This document shows positions 21,483 through 35,900 of a stretch of DNA of 64,000 nt, piece after piece. Origin of the DNA: Raillietiella orientalis. Its lineage: Eukaryota. The notes under the pieces are model-generated. The model made no database searches and had not been told where the DNA came from. It saw nothing but the letters and a program-made list of their open reading frames with translations. The stretch lies in assembly GCA_036172245.1 (NCBI GenBank), contig JAYWIR010000065.1:124001-188000 (forward strand), read 5' to 3'. A program made the translations under genes and the position numbers. How positions within the stretch are numbered: the stretch's first letter is position 1; every line of letters starts with the position of its first letter.

Positions 21483-24400
21483 CTACTTATCAATTCTTCT
21501 TCTCTTAACACCCCGCTCATCTAAAGAATAACGTTTTCTTTTGTTGCTATCTTCCTCTACAAAATGAAAAATTAACTGATCACTACGTTTCATGACAGAT
21601 TCCCGTGTTTCTCTCCGCAAAGACTTTGGCGTTTCTGTGGACTTGACAAGCATTTGTGCATTCAGAAATTCCTACAGAAATACAGAAAGCAATGCCATTC
21701 TTACAAACCTGAATGACATTCATGGCTTCTTGCTGCATTTGCCTCGACATTGCATGTACATCATGATCACTAGAATTGTACATGGTAGCATTCAAGAACA
21801 TAAGCAGAACATCTCTTTGGAATTCCATGGTTGTTCGAATAATTCCATATTCAATATTACGTTTGATGGTTTGTAAATCAGTTGGTCTTATGATAAAATA
21901 TCTTATTAATGACACTTGATCATGCAAATGCTAACCTATAGACAACATTGTGATATCCAGGTGCATCTTTGTCTGTAATTGGCTGTAGAAAAATGGAAGC
22001 AAATTTGTGTTGTGCGATTTCACGCCATACAAGCATAATGGATTTCTTCCAAGTACGATAAGCTTTGTCAGATTCAGAATCACTAAAACTTATATTGTTA
22101 AATATCACAAAAACGGTAGTTTATAATTATTTTTACCCATCTCTACTAGTTGTCACAGATGATGGGCTACCTGGAATTGAGCTTTCTGGAGAATGAGGGG
22201 GGGAGACTATCTTTTTAGAAATATTTTTAGTTTCAGATTTATCTACATCCAAATCTGGAGAAACTGATCTGTTCCAAGATTCTGGTTTACTAGAAACTAT
22301 TTCATTTTCCGAATTCTGCTGAGATTCAGCATAAGAAAGAGCTGACTGCTGAATCCCTATTTCCACTGTATAACTGTTTTCGAAAAATAACAGAGAACTA
22401 TAATAACCATCAAAGAACCTGCAATCAGATGTTTCCTGATCATCACTTCTTGATTCATGCATTCTATGGATAGATTCATCCAATATTTGTTGCTGTTCTG
22501 CTGCACTTGACTACAAATCGTTTATAGACACATGCAAGAAACAATATATTTACTTTTTTCACATAATCCTCGTTTACACAGTGAATCTGCCCAAGGTCTT
22601 CTAATTCTCTAACTTCATTCTGAGATCTGCCATTCTGCAAGCCTGATTGAAACTTTGTCTAGAAACAAATACACATGTATATGCTGTGTTCATAATTATA
22701 GAAACAGACTAAAAAAACTGAAAATCTTACATCAATATCATCAACAGCTGCTGCAACAGTAGATGAGATAATACTTGTTTCAATAGAAGGACCAATCACA
22801 GAAGTGAATTCATCAGCCACACTGCCTGAATAACCATCTTCTTCATCTTGCCCATTTTCAATGTTTTTTCTAAACAACAAATTTTGACAAGTCTCCACTT
22901 CTGGGATATCTGAATACTGGATATGAATTCCAGCTTCTGACAACTTTTTCATATGCTCTTCATCAGTTTCACTAAATGTAGCTTCTACATCACTTTCCAT
23001 CACATCAGTAATATTCAGCGTATTTTCGTTTTTTATTTCAAGAATGGTGTACGAATCTGAATCATGAGACCTGTCGGCAGAAGAAATATTTATGTCTGCT
23101 TTCTCTTCAATGGTGTATATGGGAAGATGTAAAACAGCATTACAGGACTCCAAAGATTCTTCATGTAAACATAAAGGACTAGGAGTTTCCTTTTCTTTGA
23201 CTCCAGGTATATTGGCTTTTTCTTTGTTGTCTGACTCACTATACCCAATATCTTCTGAAAATATCATGAACAGCGATTTCAGTATTCACATTACAAAATT
23301 AATTTACTAATTTATCAACTAATTTATACTAATACTAATTTATCAACTTTCACCTTTGTTTTCTTCCAACAGTTCAGAAGGAAACTTTTCATTCCGAAAA
23401 ATACCCATTTCCATTTCTTTCATGTTTACATAAACTGCCTTATCTGGTTCATCCTTTTCTGAAATGTACAATTGCAAAAATCAAACCAGCATTCACAGCA
23501 AAACTACTGTTGAAAGCCAATCAATACAATGAAAACGAATTTGTGCTGCATTTTGTTTTTTTCTAAACTTTCTTTTGCATTCTGCTTTCAATTATTTGCA
23601 TTACCACAGGTTACTATTACTACCATTTTTGGTTTATTCTGCTCTCATTTATCATTTGACAGTAAGTAAGTAATTTCCATTTCTCATTCTCTTAGGGTAT
23701 GTATAGTATTGTTCAATAATTAGCTTAAACTACATTACAAATTTCCTCTGAAAGCAGTTGCACTAAATGCTTTGATACAAATGTTACTGCATCCGAAACA
23801 CTAAATAAAAAGCACATCAAATAAATGAATGAATCCTTTAGTAAACAAACTTTGAGTAAGGGTACATAAAAAGGGCTTACTTGATAGCTTTAATAAAACA
23901 TTGATGTATTTATGAAATAAATGTGTAGAAGACAGTTTGTTTTATAAAACTGCAACCATTATCAGTTCATTGAATTCTGAATAAACGTGTTCGAAACTAT
24001 GCAAAAAGGAAAACCTTGCTTTCATTCATTTCACATTTTCAATTTTTTTTTCCCCCTCACCTTGGTCACCATAAAGAAAAGTATCACTTTAAGCAACATA
24101 AACACATTTAATCTATGTCAAGTTTGGTAATAAAACATGGTAAATCAACTATGCACTACAACAACAATCCATGAAATGGCAGAGTGAATGTAAACTCTTA
24201 TAACATTCACAACATGCAAAATACACGCAAAAATTCATACACAAATACTGAATTACAACATGGTATGAAAATTCCAATCACTGCAATTACTATGGTGCAA
24301 AGAAGCAAGAAATACCTGAGTTCTCATTATTCTATTTTTAACAGTTGGAAAAAAAATCAAAATAATACATCTCACCATTTTTGATTATGGAAAAAGGATC

Positions 24401-27400
24401 TCTATTAACTTCTTAAGATTTAAATGAGCAAAAATATCACAAATATGTTAAAAGGTGACAAAACAACCCAAAATAAGAATAGATAATTAATCATCTGAAC
24501 CAAGCAATACCGGAAAGAAATGAATGCAACAAACAGATAGAATTCAATCCACAATTCCCATTGTTTTACTTCAAATTACAAGAAATTTTTGCTATTGTGA
24601 ACAGACAGATGTTTGAGCAAGTACCTTCTGAAAGCAGAACTGCTTCTTTTGTAACTGAATTTGAAATTGCAGTGAGATCGGATAGTAGCTGACCAGGAAC
24701 TTTTAATGGTGTGTCCAACAGGTATGTCAGTGTAGGAGAATCTTTGGAAATTTATGAATACTTATGAAGAAAAAAAAAAAAAAACGACAATGCTATGAAA
24801 TCATTAATAAAAACCTGTTTGTAATAATCTGACTGAATGTCTGTGCTCATTATCTTCATGAACTGGCTGCATCTGAGTTGGCATACTTTTCAAAGATGAA
24901 TCAGAATCATCAATGTGAGCACTTACTGCAAGAAAGAATCAATCTATACATTAACAATGTAAACTAGAAAAAGCATTCAAATAGTAAGATACATCAATTT
25001 ATAAAGGCATAATTTATTCCAAATTCCAGTTTGAACTCTATAATTTGTCATTTCTTATGAGAAAGGATCTATTCAGTTTACATTCACCTCAACTGTTTAA
25101 AAGTAAACATAATGTTAATTTCTAATCTTGTATCTTTTGACACAGACATCTATAATACACCACAAATATTTTTTACAGTTCAGCTACATTCAGCTACATT
25201 TCACACCAAATTACTAATATAAGGAGGAAAAAAAATTAATTCAGGCGAACACAAGCAAATCTGTGGATCTCAAAAGCTGAATTTCAGTTGCTAACTTAAG
25301 GAATATCAAAAAGCAAAGACTTTCAAACCAACTAACATAAATCATTGAAAGTTCAAATGACACACCATTAATCCCCATCTTAGTAGGTCAAATACAGCAT
25401 ACAATAATTCAGGCTAATGAACCAAAAGGTGCAGGCAGGATGTTTGATGCAGAATAAATATTTTCCATGTACAAAATCTACAGACTACAAAAACATCTGA
25501 TCACAATCCACTACTCCAATTGAGAAGAAACTGTAACTACATGAATCTGAGAAATACACAATTAGAAACCATTAATAAGCACTTATCCTCTCATCCAAGA
25601 ACAAAAATTAGGAAGTTACATGCAATTAAAGTCCAGAAGGACATGCTATTAAACAACCAAGGACACAGCACATAAGAACAAAATACATCACAATTGTACA
25701 ACGAAGTTCAGGACAAATTATAAAAATTTTGGCATTATCATTCATGCATAACATGGTTTCTCTTGAAATTTAAACTTCTTTTAAATCTAAACACTGATGC
25801 ATTGCACCTTTCAAATTATCTCAATGCTACTGAATGAAGAGAAACAATAAAGTACGGGAATTATTATAAAGTTACTTCATTGAAGCACAATATAAACTGA
25901 TCTTTCGTGTCTAATAGTGTCAATGTTTAATTACTAATAGACTACCTTATCAAAAATTTAAAGAACACCACAACAAAAATTTGAAAAATCTAATGAGACC
26001 ACATGGTATCAAAACATTTAAAATATCAAAGATACACAAGTACACTCATGTGATTTCAAGTACGGATGTGAGATCTTAAAGCAATAAACGTTTAATGAAA
26101 GTACACAAATGCTAGAGGAAATAACTAGGAAAATACTTCGTTTCCTGAAAGACAAAAACCAAAACTAGCACTTACTCACAGGTTTTAACTGCCAATTGGC
26201 AAATATTTTCCACACATGGTATATTCATGTATTGTAGAAAAACACTGAATACAACTGCTCATTTTATTATGCATGCATTATTGGGTGTCCACGAATATGT
26301 CAAGAATAACTCAAGGATACAATTTCCAATGTGACCTATTTGGTGTTTTTACATTCTGATATTCACTTACTTTACCAATATATTAAGAATAAAACTGGAT
26401 CATACGAATACATGGCATTTTTAATGATTTTAATGCTATTCACCACAATTAACCCATACAGCAACTCTGAGCTTCAACTCAAACAATTGGAAATGGAGGA
26501 AGGATGAAATTGTATTCCCTACTTGAAGTTCAGCAGAGTTTATTCAAGGTTTTCAATAACCAAAACAACATGTAGGAAAACACACACACACATAACTAGA
26601 ACATTATGAAAAAATTAGCATAGCATTGTATGCAAAATAACCCTGTTTTCAATAAACAAACCTAGAGTGTACACAGGCTGGATAAAAACTTTTATCACTA
26701 TTTTAAAACACATACCAACTCCAAGACCTGTGAAAGTTTTTAAACAATTTATAATCCAGAGATTTCCACTCTTTGCATCACACACATTTCTTACATCAGT
26801 GCTTAGATACATTTATCACATTGATGGCATGCACTTAAGACAATATGCTTATGTTTATTTTCATACATAGGAATGCATGCAACTGTAATTAAAAAATCAA
26901 CTCATTCATTGCAATTTGCTCATTAGCTGCAGTTGCCACATATTTGAACCAGATGTACGTAAATTTAGTGACAGCAAAATTTTGTTTTTAGAAAATATTT
27001 CATACCAGACTTAGGATATGATGCTAATGTTAAATGTAACAAAATGATGTAATATCTGAACTTTTTGCCTTGTTCATCAACTAGTTACAAATGGCATGCT
27101 TATTTTTCCATGAAAAGGATTTGTTAATTAAAACAATAAAATGAAAAACAAATAAAACCTGGAATAGCATACTTTTTATCCAACGTTTTTGAATGAAAAA
27201 GCAGATATGCATTAACACAAACAGTAATAGGGATGTATACAGGAAAGCTAACACTACATTTGGAGCATATAATTAAAAAAATTGTAAAAGCAACTATTGC
27301 TAGGATCCATTAAGTGATTGCAAAATTTGATATGCTGAAAACTGAATAAAGCAATGGGGGAAGTACATATCTTTCAAACAAACAGAATAGTATGCAATCA

Positions 27401-29505
27401 ATTAAATTATCAAACACAATTACACTATCATAATAGTACCACATCAATACAGAACTTTAAATTTGTACTTTATTTTAACTATAATTAGTAATTACTGCTT
27501 GCTTGTGGCATCTTAAAAAATCAGATGCTTCCCCAAAACATGCAATTTTACAGCATAGTAATCAAAAGATAAGAAAAAGTATGAAAAATGCACAAATACA
27601 TTCGAATTAAAGAAAAGATTTAGTAGTTCATTATAAACTCTACTCATTTCTCACCTGAATGTGAAGTACTTAAGAGTTCACCTATTCTAAGTGGATTTTG
27701 ATTTAATTCATCTAAGTTTACCTAAAACACAGAGGATTACTAGAATGCAAAATAATATACCTCATCAAAAGGATCAACAACTAAACAGCTCAATTAAATC
27801 AAGAAATACTAAAACAAAAATCATTCACAATGCCATGGAAAAAATATCTTTCATTGTTTTCATTTAACAATAATAATCTTTCCCATTCTGCAATTTTTGG
27901 GATTTTGAATTTAAAAAACTGACTACAGAAATTCATAAATAGATAAATTTTTCGATGTTACCTGAGATGATGGAAGAACTTCAATTTTGATTTGGTTAGG
28001 TACATTTTCTATTCTTTGGGAACTCAATACCTTTATAAAATTAATAGTTTAGAAGCTGAAAAACATGGCATTCTATACCTCTTGCTGATTACTTTCTTCA
28101 GAAATGATATCTGAGACAGATAGACTTGTGTTCCCCATTTCATCTGGTTTCATACCTTCACACTCATCTAACCAGAAAATTTGCATATTTAAATCATTAA
28201 GAGAAAAACATTTATTTATTCATAGTGAACATTTTAAATACACACAAATTTGCTTGGTTGTATCAAGCAAATTTGTATTATAACTTTACTCTGCATGTAT
28301 CCAAATTTGAGATGATAAGCCAAATTAAATTCATATACCATGATTTGCTCAAATTCATATTCAAGCAAATCATTCTTACCTGTAGTTGTAGAATTTTCTG
28401 CAAAACATGGAATCTGCATCTCTCTCAGCTGCAATAATTTCTTCTGTGCTTCTTGCTCTTCTTCTTTTTGTTTTTTCTCTCTTTACCGAACAAAAATTTC
28501 ATACAATTTTTGTTTTTTAATTACTACCTTTCTATTTCCTCCCATAATTCTTGCAACCTACGATCCCATTTACCAGATTTTACCATCTCCAACTCATATT
28601 TCAATTTCTGATACCTTTCTTTTTCTTCTTTTATCAACTGCTTCAATTCTTCAATTCTTACTTAAATACATATCACATTAGAATGAAATGATTCAAACCC
28701 ACTAGTCACTTTTGTCAACAAAGAATAGTTTGCAACACAGAAATGTTTTTCCATTACAATCAAAATAAAGGTCTTACCTAAGGTCAATTTCTTAACAATA
28801 GATTCGCCTGCAGATTTTATGTCGCCTCTTTTTCTTTTTGGGTTTTCTGAGCCTTCTAAAAGTTTTGCATATTGTGAAGCGCAATTTTTGTAAGAAAACC
28901 AATCATTAGGTCTGTCTAAATCGGAAAACTGCTTCATAGTTTTACTCACGGACATCCTTCATAAAACAAATTCATTAAATTGAAACATTTCCATCGATCC
29001 AACAAAATTAAAAAACAAAACATCCTATTCTCAACTGTATGCTGACACACGCAATTTTGTGAACCGTTTGTTCTTCTCATCGTCGTAAACATTGTAACAA
29101 ATAAAATGACATTGATTTACTTTACATAAGTTACCTTTCATACCAAATGCCTTTCATTGCAAGCAACCTTCATTTGCTTCATACATCAATACAAACATTC
29201 AGACTAACAATAAGTATTATGATACAATGGTAAAAAGTATTGTATTTGTAAACATGACTGATGTATGGATATTCATGGATGTAATATTATATTAAAAATC
29301 TGACCAAATCACTTCAAATGGAAAAAGCATTTCAAAATTGATACATATGATTATTAATGGGCATAAGAAACTACCAATTTTCATCGCCGTTTCTCATAAC
29401 TGCAGCAGCTAGATATAGCTGTTCTTTAGTAGTCCATTCATCAAGTGTTTTTTTATGCATGAAGACCTCATTGGAAATGAACTTTCCCACCTCAATACTA
29501 CTCAT
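21483..29505 (-). CDS. BRD8: Bromodomain-containing protein 8 (NuA4/TIP60 subunit)
   Basis: Exon 29505-29375 gives DEWTTKEQLYLAAAVMRNGDENW; 28956-28778 MSVSKTMKQF..RPNDWFSYKNCASQYAKLL..PKRKRG; 28660-28528 RIEELK..SGKWDRRLQELWEEI; acidic middle exons; bromodomain WKKSIMLVWREIAQHKFASIFLQPITDKDAPGYHNVVYRPTDLQTIKRNIE..EFQRDVLLMFLNATMYN; TAG at 21485-21483. Confidence 0.93.
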
Positions 29506-29755
29506 CGTTCACATTCTTTACACAGCAACATATCACTGAATTCTAAATTCACAAACAAAACTAAAATAAGTTTTCCATAAATAGGAATGGGAACAGTCTC
29601 ATATTATTCATTCACAATAGTGATCACAATAAACCAGGCTGATACCGTACAGTTGGCATTCCAGCCATTTGCGTTGCAAGCACTTATGTTGCAATGCTAA
29701 CATGTTACTTGGTAACCCTTAAAACTAAAATAAATTAGTTTTTTGAAGTTTTTTG

Positions 29756-29774
29756 GGGGGAGGGGGGAGGGGGG
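29756..29774 (+). promoter_or_regulatory. Poly-G tract in the divergent BRD8/Sec24 intergenic region
   Basis: gggggaggggggagggggg ~250 nt upstream of the BRD8 ATG in AT-rich surroundings; regulatory role is inference only. Confidence 0.3.
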
Positions 29775-32700
29775 TGTTTATGCTTGTGTTGCTTGTTCGA
29801 ATTTCTGAAAGTCCGAAATCACTGATAAGAAAAGCAAAGTAAATTTTTCAAATTACACCGTACCTGTCTGTTAGCGAATCTTACGAAAATGCTTCCCTCA
29901 AATACTTCTACGGAAGTTTTGGTTTGTGAAGTCTCAACATTGTTCTCATCTTCGGAAATCAATATGAAAAAAATTAAAAAACGCTATTCATTTGAAGTCG
30001 TATGGTAGAAGGCCTTTTATGATCTTCGTTGACTTTTCTTCAACAGATCAGTTGATGATTAATCAAGTCTGCAAAGCAGCACATCTGCAATCTAATCTTT
30101 TCAGCAAACAATTGATAACTTGTTTTAGGCAAAATAATGTATGTAAAGTTATTCGTATACATGAATCTTATGATTACGGAATTTGTATTCAGCATAAGAA
30201 TAAGGGAGAATATTCGATTCCTGTGATATCAATTAGAGATCCCCGAATGTACACAGAAGGAAGGAATATAAAGGTATACTTCTACTTTGTCTTGAAGTGC
30301 AGGAAACTTTTCAGAATGATTTCCTTAAGATCATAACTCGTGCTGTTTCCGATATACTCCAGAAAATTCAAGAACGTTACAGAAATCTTGATTAACTCAA
30401 AATAAAAAAAAAAATAATTTTCTTCTTATAAGGCAAGCAAAACTCATTTTTCTCAAGAAATAAGGATACATAAAACATTTATATCTTTGTTTTCATCTCT
30501 TTGTTTTCATTCATTTTATGAATTCATGAGTTTGAAAAGCAAAGCAAACAAGAGTTCATGATAGATTTTTTCATTTCTAAATAACTGTTATTTTTTGTAC
30601 CTTTATCAAACTATATTTAGAACACTATTTCCACTATTCGCAAATCAAGTTCAGGATTGGAATGTAAAAACAAAAATCTCATAGTTAACGCATACTTCGA
30701 AACACTTTCATAAAAACAAAGTATAATATAGTTTAACACTAAATATGCGTTCAGACAAATTTAAAATGAGAGAAGTTATCATTCTGATTCCATTTAGGAT
30801 ACTATTAAGTCATCGAAACAGTAGATCCCTTGGTGTTCAAGAACGACTAAACTAAAAGTTCTCGATAATGAAGGTGAAACTGGTCCCAAATGAGTACATG
30901 TGAAACTCCATGACTGCTTTCGATTTGTATTTTAGAACGGTTGAGTTTAGGAGTTTTAGGATAAAGTGATGATTTATAATCATCTGCTTTAGATATTTTA
31001 TAACTATAAATATGCAAGGAATTTCAGTTTGGTCATGAGTTTTCTTAAATATTGTGTAACACAACTTTATAGGATTATGAATGCAGTATTTTATCATCTT
31101 TACTGATAAATGAAGTACATATAAAATTAATAGAAGTTTAATAACATCTGGCTCTTTTCAGGAATACTTTATTTCAGGCTTTAAAAGATCACTTTTCGGA
31201 AGATTGATAGGATATGCCTTGCTCCTTGTTAACTTTAACGATGATTACATCAGAGTAATTTGAAGCATAAGGCAAGCTAACAAATACAAAAGGAATGTTC
31301 TTACATACTGCTTTGAATCATCATTCATGTAATCAAATTTTTCCGTCTAGTTTCCAATTTTAAAATGACGTGCAGTGATAGTCATAAACTCAAATAGAAA
31401 TAGGAAAATCAACTTTCGTATTCGCATTTTAAAAGCACTTTGTGCTACTGTATGGAGTAGTTACTTGAAATTAATGAAAATTAAAAACATGAAAAGTATA
31501 TTATAAGAGTAAGATCATTTTTATATTGCATACAATAAAATGAAGTTTTATTAAGGTTGTATTAAACAAAGCAATACCAATCATTAGACAAATGATACAT
31601 GTTGGTTGCACAAACTAAATTTTGTGCTTCTCATAAAAGCGACTTATAGTATACCTAAATACAGATGCTGTTCACAGTAATTCAGGCTTTTTTAATAAAT
31701 AAATGCATATGACTGGAATTTCATGGAAATCATATAATTTATGGTTTGTGATACAAGCTTGTATAATTGTTATTAAGAATAATTGGTTCTCTTCATTTAT
31801 GAATGATTTTGAAGCCTATAGATTTAAAAGGAGATCGAGTATAAATTGGAATATAAAGTAGGAAAACCATAGTGCAGCAGTGTCTTCTCAAACTATAAAC
31901 AATATCAGGTATTATGTAAACATTTATGAGGAATCATATAAACAAGTAGTAAACAAGACATCCTATAAGCACAATGTCGTATTGAATAACGAAATAATTC
32001 TTGCATAGGCTTGTTTACTGAGAATAAATAACAATCAGCATTTAATTTAACCAGTATTTCAATTTGTGTACGTATTTTAAAAGGTTTCTTATATATTTAG
32101 ATGCGAGCAACGTCCTTTTTGGCATCAAAAATCTCAGTCATTACTGATTTTGGAAAATATTTGGTAGGTTTGAACCTGGATGATGTATAATCTTACGTAT
32201 TCGATTGTATGTTTGTTAGGAAATGGGTTACGCTGGGTGGCTTGTGTAGCCGATGAAAAGGATATTTTATAAAAGATTAAACACAGTTGCGTAAACTTTA
32301 AAATTTTCTTACGTAGTATATTTTGTGCAGTGTTTACTTATAACTGTAAAGTTACTAATCTTTGCTTCTGAGTTTTTCAAATGATAAAGCAATGTATTCT
32401 GCGGCTTAATAGTACATTTAGATACTGATGGTCACACATGCTGAGGTTTACAGCATGATGATAAATGGAAAGATAAGAAAATTCTAAAACTAACTCCAGT
32501 GCATACAGAACGAACGATTAATAGATGCGTTATTGTAAAGGAAGACCCATACGTACTTAGGGAAGGTAATATTAAAACAGGGCGAATCATTATGCAGTCA
32601 AGGTATTTTATTTTTGCTTTTTAATGCCCCTAGTTGTTGCTTGCGCCAGAAAGTTCAAATGCTTTTGGTTTGCGTTAGTTGAGGTTTTACGTGGATGGTT

Positions 32701-32917
32701 ACGGCACCACGGGATTGAAATAAATTTGGACAGACAGTGTTCATTGTGCAATTGTTCCATAGTTTATTATTTAGACTGAAATTAGAAGCTTTATTTCAGA
32801 AGTCTGTTAATTGCCCTCATCAGGTGGAACTGACAAAAAAAACCATGAATTATGCAAGTAAAAGCAATTGTTGTATGTCTACTGAAAACACCTATTCAAT
32901 TTTAGATTTTTAGTTAG

Positions 32918-35900
32918 ATGTCAACTATGTCTGCTGAGTCAGACCATAAGTCAAAAAATACTTCTCTCATATATCAGTCGGGCACTGAAGCCGTATGTTC
33001 AGATGTTACTCATTTGAAAAGTGAAAAACATGCATATGTCTCTCCTCTTTTACGTGAACAGAATTTATTCTTGAGTAATGATTTTTCGAAGCTTCATTTA
33101 GCTGGGAGTGTTGCATGTGTTGACCAAACTAAAGTGACTTCAAAGCCTCCTCCATTTTCCAAGTGTTCATCACAAAATATGGCACATATTAATTTGTTAT
33201 CAAGTCCAACTTCTTTGCTCCCATCAGTGCCAAACTTATGTTCTGCTGTATCGAATTTTGCCGAGTGTAAGGGTTCATTGCTTCCTCAAATGAATTTCCT
33301 TTCTAACTCTGTTTCTGCATCAGTGACTGCTTTTTGTACCTTTTCATCCCTACCTGCAGATTCCTCTTCCATGAAGTGGATCACAGTTTCATCACCATCA
33401 ATATCAAATTATTCTTCCTTGACTTCATTTTCTTATGTGTCACCTTCAGTTGGAGCAGCACCCTTGCCAGTTACAAATACAGTTCACACAGTTGCTTCTC
33501 ACAATCATTTAACGCCATCACCTTGTATGACAGCTAGTCCATTCGTACCATCACCCAAACAAGAGTCATTAGTTCTTAATCCAATGTCTTCTATGACTTC
33601 ATCTAACATTTTTGGAAAGAAACCTCCCAGTTCTGATTGTCCATCAACTATTATGGGTCCAGCATTAGCATATCCAAGACCACCACCACATCATATTGAA
33701 AGCATCACTCCACTTACTGGACCTTCTATGACTTTTAGCAATCCAAGACAGTTAATATCAACTGATAGATCGCCAACTTATGATGCCCCTACTGATAAAG
33801 CTCCTCTGTTAATTCATAATAAGCAATTTCATGCAAACCCACAACTGCAGCATGCAATTACCAGCCAACCTATTCCTAGTTATAATTTAAGTAATGGGAC
33901 AGTTGATTCTATTGTGAGTTCAAACTACATGCAAGAGAAGCATTCAGTTCAAGCTTCACAAGGTCCAGCATTAAACTATCATACCTCAGTAAGGTTTTCT
34001 TTATTTGTAGTCTAAGATTTAATCAAATTTCCTGTTATAATATGAAACTGTGATGATTATAGATAAATCTCATTTGAGATTAGCAGAAAAATTGTTTGCA
34101 TCAAATGAATACTTTGTTTAGTTTCAATTTGATGTTTGTATTTTCACAAAATTTTTAAGCATTTATGGCCAACAGAATATGGAATTCTGCTATTAAGTAC
34201 TTTTTGTTTTTAAAGAAATTAATGATGTAAATACTCTGGCCTTGTAGCTGGCTGCATACAGATTATTTCTTTAAAAGCTGTTATTAGTCACTGAGAATTC
34301 AATATCACTAACTAGTAACAGTAATTCAATTTCATTTGGACATGCTTTTGTTGGGAGTTTTCTTTAGAGCACATAAATGTATTCTTGTTCCCAAATGTAT
34401 TCTGGAATTGTACAGTCTCAAAATTATTTTAGTATAGATATCCACAAAGTGGCACTCATTCTAACATTCAGGAAGCAAGAGCTTTGTCAGTCATCCATCA
34501 TGGATATAATAAATTGTGGGTATGCAACACATTATAAATTTAGTATTTTTCCAAATAATAGACACATCAGTTATGAGAATCTTTTGCTTCAGATTTCCTT
34601 ACTAATATTTAGATATGTATTCAAGCTTAGGTGTGAATCAAAATAAAAACTTGTGCTATGTGTTCGTCTTTTTCATCTTTGTAGACAGTATCACTGTCTT
34701 TATAAATGAAAAAAATACTGTACTTTATTTATTATTTGTAGCTGATCAATTTATATTATATTTTTAGAACAATGAACTTTTAGAACTGTTACAAACTCGC
34801 AATATTATTATGGTTGGAAGCAACTCTCCTCCTTCAATTGTTTTGTCTTCAAACTATCCAGTCTGTGATCCCAGGTTAGAGAATTCACAAATATGTTATG
34901 CATATAGAAAACCTTGACTTATTATTATTTTTTCGTAGAGTATTTAGAAGCACACTGACAAAAATACCAGTAGATGCATCTTTGTTGCAAAGAGCAAGGC
35001 TCCCCTTAGGACTTCTCATTCATCCTTTTATGAACTTGCTTGTACGTTTGTGAGATTTTCATATACATTTCAACAAATAAGCCTATGAATTCATGATTAG
35101 TGTATTGGATTTTATTAGATATAGATATTGTTTCATATATAAATCTGTACCAGATTTCAATTTGCTACAAATATGATGATTTTTTTATGTGATGTGAACA
35201 GGAAATCCCAATCATCCATTGCAGCAGCATAGTTCGATGTCGATCATGTCGTAGTTACATAAATCCTTATGTTAGTTTTGTTGAACAGAAAAGATGGAAA
35301 TGTAATATTTGTTTAAGAATCAATGAAGGTAAGTTTTTTCAGTGTCATAAACTAAGTATACCTGGTTGCAGTACCAGATGATTTCTTATTTAATCCTGAA
35401 AATGCAACTTATGGAGATCCATATCAGCGTTTTGAAATGAAGTATTCTTCTGTAGAATTCATTGCTCCTTCAGAGTATATGGTGAGCATAGTTCTAAAAT
35501 TCAACTATTAAATTGATGTATTTCTGAAATTTATTTCTATTATTACATTGAACATTGCAACATGTTTTAAACGAAGTATACATATTTTTGTTTGTTTTGG
35601 GTGGAGTATTTGCATACTTTTCATATTGTATTAAAAATTTTGAAAATTCTATATTGGGGTACAAAAGTTAACACAGATTGATCATTGTAGATATTTTTCT
35701 CATCTCAGTTTAGGATCTGAATGTTTCTGAAATCATAAGATAAAATGCTTCATTTAAGAATTTCATTTCTTGCTACATTTCTTTCATTTCTTAAATCATT
35801 TTAAAGGAATTTTTATGAATAAAGAAATGAAGTTGAAGTAATTATGTTTCTTATTGAACCCTTTTGGAAGATGTTTAATTATGGAGTGTTTCAATAAAAG

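Noticed and set aside
29992..30336. 114-aa ORF between BRD8 and Sec24
   Set aside because: Non-ATG start, no recognisable motif or splice support
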